NCBI GenBank assembly: GCA_963766715.1
Contig: CAVYBH010000017.1
Coordinates: forward strand, 32,001-96,000
DNA: 64,000 bases
Source: an uncultured delta proteobacterium
GTDB lineage: Bacteria > Myxococcota > Myxococcia > Myxococcales > Anaeromyxobacteraceae
Direction of reading: 5' to 3'
The position numbers and the translations under genes were made by a program. The notes beneath the pieces were generated by a model. The model made no database searches. It saw nothing but the letters and a program-made list of their open reading frames with translations, and was not told where the DNA came from. This document shows positions 1-9,079 of the stretch, in pieces. Position 1 is the stretch's first letter. Every line of letters begins with the position of its first letter.

Positions 1-979
1 CGACGGGCAGCCCTCCCAGGAGCGCCAGGGTGGCGCGGTGGTCCTCCTCCGCCTCGCCCGGGAAGCCGGTCAGGACGTCGGCGCCCACCGCCGCGCCGGG
101 GCGGGCGCGCAGGACGGCCTCCACGACGCGGGCATAGTCGGCCGCGCGATATGGGCGGCCCATGGCGGCGAGGATCCTGTCCGACCCGCTCTGCAGGGGA
201 AGGTGGAAGTGCTCGCAGAGGATCCGGCTCCCGTCCTCCCGGAGGAACGGCAAGGGAAGGTCCATCGGCTCCACGGACGAGAGGCGGACCCGGTGAACCG
301 CCCGCGCGGCCGCCACGGCCCGGAGGAGCTCGGCGAGGTCCCGTCGAGGCGACAGGTCGAGGCCCCAGGCTCCCAGGTGGACGCCGGCGAGCACCACCTC
401 GGGGCGAATGCGGCCCACCGACGCGATGCGCGCCAGGCATCCGTCGAGATCGAGCGAGCGGGAAGCGCCGCGAGCGATGGGAACGGCGCAGTAGGCGCAG
501 GCGTCGTCGCATCCATCCTGGATCTTGAGGACGGGGCGGGCCGGGCCGGCCGCCGGATTGGGCGCGGCGTCCCACGAGGGCGCATCCCTGCGCGCGGCCG
601 CGATGGCCGAGTCCGGCGAATGGCCGGCGCGCAGCCGGGCCAGGACGCCCGGGACCGACGCGTGGTCGCGCGGCTCGATCACCGCCGCGACCCCGGGGAG
701 TCCGGCGAGCACGCTGGACTCGAAGGCCGCGTGACAGCCCGCCACCAGGATCCGGGCGCCGGGGTGTTCCCGGGCGGCCCTCCGGATGGCCTTCCGGGAG
801 GAAGCCGCGGCGTCGGAGGTGACCGAGCAGGTGGCGACGACCACCCAGTCGGCGCCCTCCCCTGGCCGGGCGGCGCGAAAGTCCGGGCCGAGCGCAGCCG
901 TCATCGACGCCGAGTCGGTCCGGCCGACGCGGCAGCCGAGGGCCACGACGGCCACCTTATGCGCGCGCGATCCGTCCAC
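1..979 (-). CDS. mtaB: MtaB/MiaB-family tRNA methylthiotransferase (radical SAM), runs off the left edge
   Basis: Manual minus-strand translation gives ALGCRVG, VATCSVT and [17 protein letters not shown] (CxxxCxxC). GTG start overlaps the mnmA stop. Confidence 0.85.
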   Translation of the reverse strand, partial: MDGSRAHKVAVVALGCRVGRTDSASMTAALGPDFRAARPGEGADWVVVATCSVTSDAAASSRKAIRRAAREHPGARILVAGCHAAFESSVLAGLPGVAAVIEPRDHASVPGVLARLRAGHSPDSAIAAARRDAPSWDAAPNPAAGPARPVLKIQDGCDDACAYCAVPIARGASRSLDLDGCLARIASVGRIRPEVVLAGVHLGAWGLDLSPRRDLAELLRAVAAARAVHRVRLSSVEPMDLPLPFLREDGSRILCEHFHLPLQSGSDRILAAMGRPYRAADYARVVEAVLRARPGAAVGADVLTGFPGEAEEDHRATLALLGGLPV

Positions 980-2015
980 CGCCCACCACCTCGTCGCCGT
1001 CGTAGAAGACGGCCGCCTGGCCGGGCGCGACGCCGCGAACCGGGGACCGGAGCCGCACCTGCGCCGAGTCGCCCGGGCCCGGGGCGACCTCTCCGAGCTC
1101 TCCCTCGTGCCGGTGCCGGACCCGGACGCGCAGGAGTGCCGATCCGGGAGGCGCCTGCCCGGAGACCCACCGGACGCCGGCGACGGAGAAGCGGTCGGTC
1201 GAAGCCTCGACGGACGTTCCCACCACCACGCGCGCGGACTCCGGCTCGAGGCGGACCACGTAGGCCGGCTCGGACGGGGCGATCCCGAGTCCCCGCCGCT
1301 GTCCCACGGTGAACCGGTGGACCCCGCCGTGCCGGGCCAGCACCTCTCCGGCCGTGCTCACGATCTCGCCGGGCCTCGACGCGCCAGGGCGCCGCAACTC
1401 GACGAACCGGGCCGCGTCGCCGTCCGTCACGAAGCAGATCTCCTGCGACTCGGGCTTCTCGGAGGTGGCGAGGCCCGCCTCCGCCGCCAGGGCCCGCACG
1501 CGCGGCTTGGGCAGGTGCCCGACCGGGAAGAGCACCTCGGCGAGCTCCGCCTGGCCGAGCCCGTGGAGGAAGTAGCTCTGGTCCTTGGCGGGGTCGGCCC
1601 CGGTGAGCAGCGCCCAGCGGTCCCCGCGGCGCTCCACCCGGGCGTAGTGCCCGGTGGCCAGCCTGGCCGAGAGCGCCCGGGCCCGCCGGAGGAGCCAGTC
1701 GAACTTCACCTCGGAGTTGCAGGCGATGCAGGGGTTCGGCGTGATGCCGGCCAGGTAGTCGTCGACGAAGCGGTCCACCACGCGGCGGCCGAACTCCTCC
1801 TCCACGTTCGCGACGTAGAAGGGGATCCCCAGGCGGACGGCCACGGCGCGGGCATCCTCCAGGTCGTCGGGAGCGCAGCAGGATCTCCCCCGCGATCGGT
1901 CGGAGTAGTCGTGGACCCGGAGCGAGACGCCCACGACCTCGTGCCCCTGCTCGACGAGCAGCGCGGCGGCCGCCGAGGAGTCCACGCCACCGGACATGGC
2001 CACCAGCACCCGCAC
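957..2015 (-). CDS. mnmA: tRNA 2-thiouridylase MnmA
   Basis: [11 protein letters not shown]-loop, [45 protein letters not shown]. Confidence 0.97.
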   Translation of the reverse strand: MRVLVAMSGGVDSSAAAALLVEQGHEVVGVSLRVHDYSDRSRGRSCCAPDDLEDARAVAVRLGIPFYVANVEEEFGRRVVDRFVDDYLAGITPNPCIACNSEVKFDWLLRRARALSARLATGHYARVERRGDRWALLTGADPAKDQSYFLHGLGQAELAEVLFPVGHLPKPRVRALAAEAGLATSEKPESQEICFVTDGDAARFVELRRPGASRPGEIVSTAGEVLARHGGVHRFTVGQRRGLGIAPSEPAYVVRLEPESARVVVGTSVEASTDRFSVAGVRWVSGQAPPGSALLRVRVRHRHEGELGEVAPGPGDSAQVRLRSPVRGVAPGQAAVFYDGDEVVGGGRIARA

Positions 2016-2020
2016 GGAAG

Positions 2021-3235
2021 CTAGCCCGCCGCGGCGCGAAGGGGGATCTCGAGGACGAACTTCGAGCCGGTGAACTGGCGGCGCACGCCCTCCGACTGGA
2101 CGCGGGGCGGGCTCTCGATCGAGATCGTCCCGCCGTGGGCCTCGAGGATGCGCCGGGCCACGGGCAGCCCCAGGCCGCTTCCCGGGTGCTTGGCCCGGTC
2201 GTCCTTGTCGGCGGCGTGGAAGAAGGGCTCGAAGAGGTGCTTCTGATCCTGCGGGGGAATCCCGGGACCCTGGTCGGAGATGGCGAAGCGGAGCGTCGAC
2301 GGGTCGCGCTGGACCTCGACGAGCACCTCGCCGCCATGGGGCGAGAACTTCACGGCGTTGCCCACCACGTTGGCGAGCGCCTGGCGCAGCTTCCGGGGAT
2401 CGGCCGTCACCACGCCCCCGCCCGACTTCTGCACGGCCACGTGGAGCCGGGCCTCGCGGATGGCCGGACGCAGGTCGGCGACCACCTCGTCGGCGAGCGC
2501 GTCGGGGTCGACGCCGGCGGGGAAGAGGACGGCGTCGGAGGCCTGGAGGGAGGCGAAATCGGAGAGGTTCTCGACGACGCGGGTGAGCCGGCCGGTGGCG
2601 CCCTGGATCGACTCCAGGATGCGCTGCTGCTGCGCCGAGAGCGGCCCCAGCTTGTCGGAGGAGAGGATCTTCAGATAGCCGGAGATGGGCGTGAGCGCGG
2701 TGCGCAGCTCATGGGCCAGGTTGCCGATGAAGATGCGGCCGAGCCGGTCGCGCTCGAGGCAGCGGTCCTCCCACTCCCGCGCCTCCCCGATGGCGTGCTC
2801 GAGGTGCCCCGCCATGGAAGCGGAAAGGGCGCGCAGGCCGGCTCGCTCGCCGGCCTCGGGCAGGCGTTCCCGCTGCCCGGCGAGGACCGCGCGGACCTCG
2901 GCGGCGATCCGGGCGTCGTCGACCGGCTTCGAGAGGAACGCGTCGGCGCCGGCGGCGATGGCGACGTCGTGCTCCGACTGCGCGTCGCCGAGCGCGAGGA
3001 AGGGCACCTGGGCGAGCGACTTCTCCTGCTTCAGCCGGGTGGCGATCTCCACGCCGTCGATGTCGGGCAGGTGGACGTCGGCCAGGACCAGGTCGGGCGG
3101 CAGCGTGAGCGCCCGGTGGATCCCGGCGAGCCCCGAGGAGGCCTCGTCGACGGTGAACCCCTCTGCCTCCAACGCGCGCCGGACCCGGGCACGGAATGCG
3201 GCGTCGCTCTCGATGCAGAGGATTCGCTGGGGCAT
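2021..3235 (-). CDS. Hybrid receiver-histidine kinase
   Basis: N-terminal REC (LADVHLP), H-box AHELRT, N-box NAVKFS, DQGPGI, F box and GSGLGL. Confidence 0.92.
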   Translation of the reverse strand: MPQRILCIESDAAFRARVRRALEAEGFTVDEASSGLAGIHRALTLPPDLVLADVHLPDIDGVEIATRLKQEKSLAQVPFLALGDAQSEHDVAIAAGADAFLSKPVDDARIAAEVRAVLAGQRERLPEAGERAGLRALSASMAGHLEHAIGEAREWEDRCLERDRLGRIFIGNLAHELRTALTPISGYLKILSSDKLGPLSAQQQRILESIQGATGRLTRVVENLSDFASLQASDAVLFPAGVDPDALADEVVADLRPAIREARLHVAVQKSGGGVVTADPRKLRQALANVVGNAVKFSPHGGEVLVEVQRDPSTLRFAISDQGPGIPPQDQKHLFEPFFHAADKDDRAKHPGSGLGLPVARRILEAHGGTISIESPPRVQSEGVRRQFTGSKFVLEIPLRAAAG

Positions 3236-3307
3236 GGTCGGGGCGTTTCGGCGCGGGGATGATAGTGCGGCCCGCTGCGGGGGGCTCCCGAAAAACGACG
3301 CAGCGGG

Positions 3308-4678
3308 TCAAGTCCCGGCGGATTCCGGGCTTCCCGCCTGCCGGCGGCGCCACCAGTCGCGCAAGTGCTCGGAAAGACCGGCGCGGGTATTCACCGCCGG
3401 GTCGACCAGGGCGGCGTCGAGCAGGTGGCGGAGCCCTTCCCCCACCTCCTTGCCCCCCGTCGACCCGAGGATCTCCATGGCGTCCCTTCCGCCGATGGCC
3501 AGCTCCGAGACCGCGAGCGGGGGATTCCGTCCCAGCTCGGCTGCCACCCGGCCTCGCAGCCTGGCCACCTCGGCCATCCGGCGAGCCGAGCGGGGTCCCT
3601 GGTGGCGCGCATCGGCGGTCCAGAGGTCGAGCAAGAGCGGCAGGTGCTCGCGGCCGGTCCCGGACAGGAACCTGCGCACCTCGACTCCGTCGCCCTCGAG
3701 GCCGGGCGGAGACCCGTGATCGGGCCCGTGCCGGGCTCCGGCGAGAGCTGCGACCGCGGTCCCGACCCGGTTCGGGAGCCGCAGCTCGACCACGGCCTGC
3801 TGGGCCTCGGCCGCGGGGAGCACGTGCAGCAGGCCCGCCAGGCGAAGGAGCCGGCAGCGGTCCCGATCGCCCTCCTCCTTCCCGGTGCAGGGCGGGAACG
3901 GCTCCGCGGCGACGGCGAGCGCGTGGCGCACCCGCTCCGCGGGCATGGAGCCCAGCCGCGGGAGGACGATGGGGAGGAGCCCGGTGGCCGAAAGCGCCTC
4001 GAGCCCTTCGGCTGCGTGGGCGCCGACGAGCAGCCTGGACAGCTCCTCGGCGACCCGCTCGCGGGACACCTGCCCCACGACCCCCAGGGACGCGGGAATG
4101 GCGCGCCGGGTCGCGGGAGCCAGCGAGAACCCCAGCTGCGACACGAAGCGAACCGCACGCAGCGGACGCAGCCCATCCTCGCCGAAGCGCTCCCGGGCGT
4201 CGCCCACGGCCCGGATCCGCTTCCGGGACAGGTCGACCTGCCCGCCGAACGGATCCCGCAACTCCCCGGAGAGCGGGTCCCAGGCCATCGCGTTCATGGT
4301 GAAGTCGCGACGGCCCAGATCCGCCTCCAGATCGCCGTGAAACGTGACCCGGCTGGGCCGCCGCCCGTCGACGTAGTCGGCCTCGCCACGGAACGTGGTG
4401 ACCTCGACGCGCGCGCTCCCCTCGAGGACCGTCACCGTTCCGTGCTCGATGCCGGTGGGGATGACCTTCCGGAAGAGCTGCTTCACCTGCTCTGGCGTCG
4501 CGGGCGTCGCCAGGTCGAATTCCCCGGGGTCATGCCGGACGCGGGAGAGGAGCAGGTCCCGGACCACGCCTCCCACGAGCCACGACCGGTGACCGGCCTC
4601 GCCGAGGCGGCGAAGCACGGCCTTCACCTCGTCCGGGACGGCGTCGGCGTGGAGACGGCTCGGAGGTTTCCTCGTCAT
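3308..4678 (-). CDS. Class II tRNA nucleotidyltransferase (CCA-adding/poly(A) polymerase family)
   Basis: VGGVVRD, EFDLAT, EVTTFR, RRDFTMNAMA, EDGLRPLRAVRF, SRERV. Confidence 0.9.
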   Translation of the reverse strand: MTRKPPSRLHADAVPDEVKAVLRRLGEAGHRSWLVGGVVRDLLLSRVRHDPGEFDLATPATPEQVKQLFRKVIPTGIEHGTVTVLEGSARVEVTTFRGEADYVDGRRPSRVTFHGDLEADLGRRDFTMNAMAWDPLSGELRDPFGGQVDLSRKRIRAVGDARERFGEDGLRPLRAVRFVSQLGFSLAPATRRAIPASLGVVGQVSRERVAEELSRLLVGAHAAEGLEALSATGLLPIVLPRLGSMPAERVRHALAVAAEPFPPCTGKEEGDRDRCRLLRLAGLLHVLPAAEAQQAVVELRLPNRVGTAVAALAGARHGPDHGSPPGLEGDGVEVRRFLSGTGREHLPLLLDLWTADARHQGPRSARRMAEVARLRGRVAAELGRNPPLAVSELAIGGRDAMEILGSTGGKEVGEGLRHLLDAALVDPAVNTRAGLSEHLRDWWRRRQAGSPESAGT

Positions 4679-4690
4679 GCTTCCCGCAGT

Positions 4691-5522
4691 CTACTTCGGG
4701 AACATGAAGGTCACGACCATCCGGGTCAGCCAGGGGGACCCGCCGTCGGGGTGGACCACGTTGGCGTAGAAGCCCAGGGAGAGCGAGATGGGGACCTTCG
4801 CGATGGAGAGGGTCTTCGAGAGCGTCGCGCCGACGGGCACGAGCCATTGCTCCCCGTGCAGGTTCCAGTTCTTCACGAAGGTGGGCGACGTGCCGATCGA
4901 CCACGCCTTCGGGAGGTTGTAGTTGAGGAAGACCTGGATCGACGTGGTGTCGAGGTGCATCGAGCCCATCCGCGCGAAGGCGTCGAGCTGGGTGATGAGC
5001 GTGCCGAGCACCCAGGGGCCGTCCATGTAGACGAGCGCCACCACGGGGCCAGCGGCGAAGCAGCCGGTCGCCACCGCGTCGTTCGTCGCCGTGGGGAAGG
5101 AGAAGACCGGACCGACTCCCCAGATGAGCTTTCCCGCCGCCGACGGCGACAGGAAGGTCTCGAATCATGATCTCGCCGAGCCCGGTGCTCCGCTCTCCGT
5201 TCGCGAGCGGCACGTTGTAGTAGGGCACGATGGGGCGGACGATCAGGTTCCAGGTCGCGTCCATCTCGATCGGGATGACCGGCTGGAAATTCAGGTTGTA
5301 GGCCGCGGCGTTGCCGGCGGAGCCTCCCCCGTTGAAGTTGTTCTGGAACGGGATCGACACCAGGTCGGCGAGCGGGTTCTGGAGCTGCTTGGCGAGCTCG
5401 TCCAGGGACGCACCCGCGAGCGCCGCGGCCGCGTGGGGCAACGGCGCGTGGGCCGGGGCGTCGGCGGCGGGAGGCTCGGCGGGTCCGGCGAGCAGGACCA
5501 GGGCGGTGAGCGCGGCGAACAT
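4691..5522 (-). CDS. Putative outer-membrane beta-barrel protein (family often labelled neuromedin U-like), frameshifted near 5100-5170
   Basis: Signal peptide, LAKQLQNPLADLVSIPFQNN, NFQPVIP, and C-terminal VTFMFPK in a second frame. Confidence 0.7.
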
Positions 5523-5679
5523 GCACGGGATCTGTCCATGCCGCCCCCCCGTTCGGCCAGTGAATCCTTGGGGGATCCCCCTCGAACCGACGCGCTCCTC
5601 TGCGGAGCGTCGGGCTTCGCCATCGCGCGCGGGTCGTGAGCGGGGCTGAGGGGGTCGCCACTCCCCCCCAGGTGCTCGA

Positions 5680-6039
5680 TCAGTGGGCGAGCGCGATCGT
5701 CGCGGGCTGCGTGTTCAGCGAGTGGCATTCCCCGGCGAACCCGACGCCTCCCAGGTACGCGACGGTCGACGAGACACAGAACGTTCCCGTCGAGGTGGAC
5801 GACGGCACCGTGAAGACGGTCTGGCCGGAGGCGTTGGTGTTCTGCGTCGAGAGGGCCCCCGTCACCACCGGAGGGCTCTGCGCCTGGTCGATCCCGGTCG
5901 AGGCGACGACCGGCGAGTCCTGCAGGACCGCACCGTTCAGCGTGACGGTGACGGTGACGTGCGACACGGCGGGACCGTCCGAGCCTCCGCACCCGGCCAG
6001 GCCGAGCGCAACGGCGAGCAGCAACGAGGACCGCTTCAT
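5680..6039 (-). CDS. Hypothetical lipoprotein
   Basis: MKRSSLLLAVALGLAGC lipobox; AAAGGA RBS; beta-rich, Ser/Thr-rich body. Confidence 0.75.
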   Translation of the reverse strand: MKRSSLLLAVALGLAGCGGSDGPAVSHVTVTVTLNGAVLQDSPVVASTGIDQAQSPPVVTGALSTQNTNASGQTVFTVPSSTSTGTFCVSSTVAYLGGVGFAGECHSLNTQPATIALAH

Positions 6040-6186
6040 GTGTGTTCCTTTCTCGAGTGGGCAGGACCGCAGACGCAACCCCCGACCGCGAGGAGAGCGC
6101 ACCTGCGCCCGTCGAGGTGAAGCCATTGGGGATCGGGTTGGCTCGACCCCGGGTCCCAAGGGCCGATCCGGAGCGCGGATTCCGAT

Positions 6187-6212
6187 CGCGCACCTCCGGC
6201 CGGAGGCGCGCG
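6187..6212 (-). terminator. GC-rich hairpin just downstream of the displaced tRNA 3' end
   Basis: cgcgcacctccggccggaggcgcgcg is a near-perfect palindrome (one G-U pair on the minus strand); no clear U tract. Confidence 0.45.
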
Positions 6213-6223
6213 GCATCGATATT

Positions 6224-6265
6224 CTGGTGGCCCCGGCGTGACTCGAACACGCGACCTGCGGTTTA
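6224..6265 (-). repeat. att site: duplicated 3' half of tRNA-Arg(CCT)
   Basis: 42 bp identical to 14120-14161 except one base (6230 g vs 14126 a); identity ends in the anticodon loop. Confidence 0.95.
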
Positions 6266-6353
6266 TGAAGCATGGGATGGGCTCAACGGCCTCAGGCACT
6301 TGCCCGTTTCGTTGGGTTTTCGTGGGGGTAATCGCGGGTCGTTGAGGGTGCTC

Positions 6354-6404
6354 CGTCATGAAACCGTCATGAAGGTGCTCGCGGACCGAGCAGAACGTCA
6401 TGAA
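6354..6404 (+). repeat. Three CGTCATGAA direct repeats, putative integrase arm-type sites
   Basis: Copies at 6354-6362, 6365-6373 and 6396-6404, ~90 bp inside the att core; related CCATGAAACC at 14101 near the other core. Confidence 0.6.
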
Positions 6405-6460
6405 GGTTGGATGGGGGCTCCGGTCGCAGTGCGGCGCTACCCTGCTGTGTCACCCTACCC

Positions 6461-6709
6461 TTCATTGCCAGCCCGCAGTCCTGTCCCGGTAGCCTTCGCC
6501 CCGTGCAACATCTCCAGCCCGGGGACATGGTGCGATGTGACTTCTGCGGGAAGAACGTCGCCGTCATTCCACCGCCGATGACCACGCAAAACGAGCCGTA
6601 CCCGGGCAGCAGGACCCGCGCCTGGAGAGGCACGAGTCGCTGTGGAGGCCGCCGAAGGGGTAGCGGGGCGGTTGGGCTAGTGCGCGAGCTACGGGAAGCA
6701 GGGCGGTAA
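6461..6709 (+). CDS. Small Cys/His zinc-ribbon-like protein (start uncertain, probable frameshift near 6610)
   Basis: CPGSLRPVQHLQPGDMVRCDFCGKNVAVIPPP aligns with the ORF at 13582-13791. Confidence 0.55.
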   Translation, partial: FIASPQSCPGSLRPVQHLQPGDMVRCDFCGKNVAVIPPPMTTQNEPYPGSRTRAWRGTSRCGGRRRGSGAVGLVRELREAGR

Positions 6710-6784
6710 ATCGCTCCTCCATCGGGCAATCGAAGATTCCCCGACGGGCGCCGGTTGAAAGGGGTGGCGAAGGAGGTGCACGCT

Positions 6785-7072
6785 ATGCCCCACGAGCTGG
6801 AGCTACTCGTCGCTGAACGGGAGAGCGCTCGATACGCATTCATCCAGGCGAGGCTGGCCCGCGACTCGGCGTCCCGGTACCTCGACGCGGTCCTCGACGA
6901 CTTCGCTGCGATGCGTGCAGCCTGGGATGTCCTCGCGGCGAAGCAAGAAGAGATGGACCGCGCTTGTGACCACCTCGCAACCACCAGCTCGGCGGTCACT
7001 GCGAACCTGATGGAGCACCGGAAGCGCAGCGGAAAGACGCCGGGGGCCACGTCGTCGTCACAGGACAGCTAG
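6785..7072 (+). CDS. Hypothetical helical/coiled-coil protein
   Basis: AAGGAGG RBS before the ATG; amphipathic helical composition. Confidence 0.6.
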   Translation: MPHELELLVAERESARYAFIQARLARDSASRYLDAVLDDFAAMRAAWDVLAAKQEEMDRACDHLATTSSAVTANLMEHRKRSGKTPGATSSSQDS

Positions 7073-7121
7073 ATTAGATCCGGCCCGGGACGACGACGGA
7101 CAGGGAAGAAGCCGGAAGGGC

Positions 7122-7439
7122 TCACCGGCCGTCGGCGTGGCGCCTCCGGCGTCCGAGGTGAGGCCCCGGGGCGCGAACGACACACGGTTGAGCGACGCCC
7201 AGCCTGAGGCACCACAATCTCGATGCTTCAACGAACGGAAGCAGCTCCGCGTCGAACCCTTCGCCTTGCGCGAACCTGAGCAGTTTCTTGAAGGCGCCGG
7301 CGGCGGATTTGTCGTTCGCGCCTTCGGCCGCAAGCCAGAACGGTTCAAGACCCGGAAGGCGCTTCGCTTGACCGCTGATCGTTAGATACGCGTCTATGCG
7401 ACCCAAGAGATCCACGAACGAAGCCCGCCCTTCACGCAT
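7122..7439 (-). CDS. Hypothetical protein
   Basis: Protein-like composition in the first ~80 aa only. Confidence 0.35.
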   Translation of the reverse strand: MREGRASFVDLLGRIDAYLTISGQAKRLPGLEPFWLAAEGANDKSAAGAFKKLLRFAQGEGFDAELLPFVEASRLWCLRLGVAQPCVVRAPGPHLGRRRRHADGR

Positions 7440-7586
7440 GAGGTCATTGTAGGGGCGGAACTGGACCCTGTCCGTAGGAGAAACCCCGTAGGTCCAGAGG
7501 TCGGAGCCGCGTGGGATCCTTCCCTCGTGACAACTAGCCGCAAGCGAACCGGGCCGCCCCTGCCGCCGCGGGAGCCGCCTTGCCGC

Positions 7587-7802
7587 TCAAACTAAGTGGC
7601 CTGCATCCGCGCCATCTACGAATGAGCATGCCGTGCCAGCGTCAAGGCGCAACGCCTCCGCTACGCCAGCGGTCCAGGCATCTGCCAGCGACATAAACCA
7701 TCGGTTGAGGGCGACGCCATCTAGGGCCGCCGTCCACCGATTGTGCGTGGCTGTCACTTCGAGGGTGTGCACCCCAACCGCGTAGGCCACCTTCGTGGTC
7801 AT
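7587..7802 (-). CDS. Small hypothetical protein, paralogue of 43570-43815
   Basis: YAVGVHTLEVT...W...DG...ADAWTAGVAEALRLD is shared with the second copy. Confidence 0.7.
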   Translation of the reverse strand: MTTKVAYAVGVHTLEVTATHNRWTAALDGVALNRWFMSLADAWTAGVAEALRLDAGTACSFVDGADAGHLV

Positions 7803-7837
7803 CCCTAACCTATCCACCCTATGTGAAGACTTCGCCG

Positions 7838-8020
7838 TCATCTGTGCTCACGTTCGATTGCCGGGCCAACCTGGCCGTACAGTCCCCGGGCGATGGCCTC
7901 CTGCAGGATCTCCCGCGTGTTCTCGAGGTGTTTCGCGAGGCTGATTCGCCCGGCGTTGTGAGCAGCGCGGCTATCGGCCACGGCACGGGCGAGTTCCGCT
8001 GGTGATTTGAGGAGCGACAT
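7838..8020 (-). CDS. Small hypothetical helical protein
   Basis: 60 aa ORF with protein-like composition, co-oriented with the downstream ORF. Confidence 0.45.
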   Translation of the reverse strand: MSLLKSPAELARAVADSRAAHNAGRISLAKHLENTREILQEAIARGLYGQVGPAIEREHR

Positions 8021-9079
8021 GCTCAGTCAGAGTGTCGCACTGGATGCGCAGCCCGCCATCCCAAGACCGAGCGGCAAGGAATAGTGGGAGTGGCGCGCAC
8101 ACCTCCAGGGCCACTTCCGCGTGATGCTCGCGCCGGGTCGGCGGCGGACCCCGATCAGATTCGCTCATGACCCCCCGGGGATCGAAACGCAGAGGCGGGC
8201 GCACGGAGTGGGAGGCATCTCGGGCGCCACGCCTCGTCGAAAAGGCGGTGCCTCTGCACGGTCTAGGATGGCCAAGAGCCGGTTGACTCGTCTATCGGTC
8301 AGGCGGGGTGGCCTGATTGCCCCAGAGCCAGGCGCGGGAGGAACGCAGAGGCGGGCGCCCGGAGGTTGCGGGGGGGAGTAGATCCGGGCGCCCTGCCTCC
8401 GACGGCGCGAGGATCCCAGCCCCAACACGGTCCAGCTATCCGTTTTGTGCTACGCCCCGAGATTCGTGCCAAATGGCACCGCCTCGAAAGGCGAAGGCCC
8501 CGCGCTGGCTGAGCCTCGGAGCCTTCTTCCTTCGAGACCTCACCGGCTGACCTATGGTCTCTGATCCAGGGGCAGGCGGCGGTGGAACAGCGGAGCGCTG
8601 TGAGCACATCTCCAACCGGCGGCAGTCTCGGCAGCAGCCTCCCTCCTCCAACCCTTGACTTCCAGTGACCTCGGTGGGGCGACTTGACTGGTGCTGTACT
8701 GAACCAAACGGAGCAGAGTCTTACCCGGGCCTGCTGCACCCTGTGGACCGAGCGCGTGGCTACGGATTGCTCGGATGAAGAGCGAAGCCCCCCGGCATGC
8801 GGTGCGCGCGGCTCTAGTTGCTTTCAGGTAAGCGGCCTAGGTCAGCGTGTCGCTGATCTCGCACGAGGGGGTCCGGCAGCCCAGCCAGATCCCGATTTGG
8901 TCCACCAGTCGGCCCCCCCCCGGGCCTCCAGAAATCGACCCCCGCACCGGCGGTACGTCCAGAAAGGAGGGGCCGGCAACTGGGAACCGGACCCCCGACG
9001 GGAATCGACGCCAGGGCCCCCCGCCCGGGGGGGCGCGTCTTTGCCACCCCTGCGATCCCTGTTTAGTCTGGCCGGGGGG

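Noticed and set aside
6224..6300. Second full tRNA (loop reads TTCATAA, CAT-like)
   Set aside because: No D-arm or 5' acceptor strand upstream; it is only the att duplicate.
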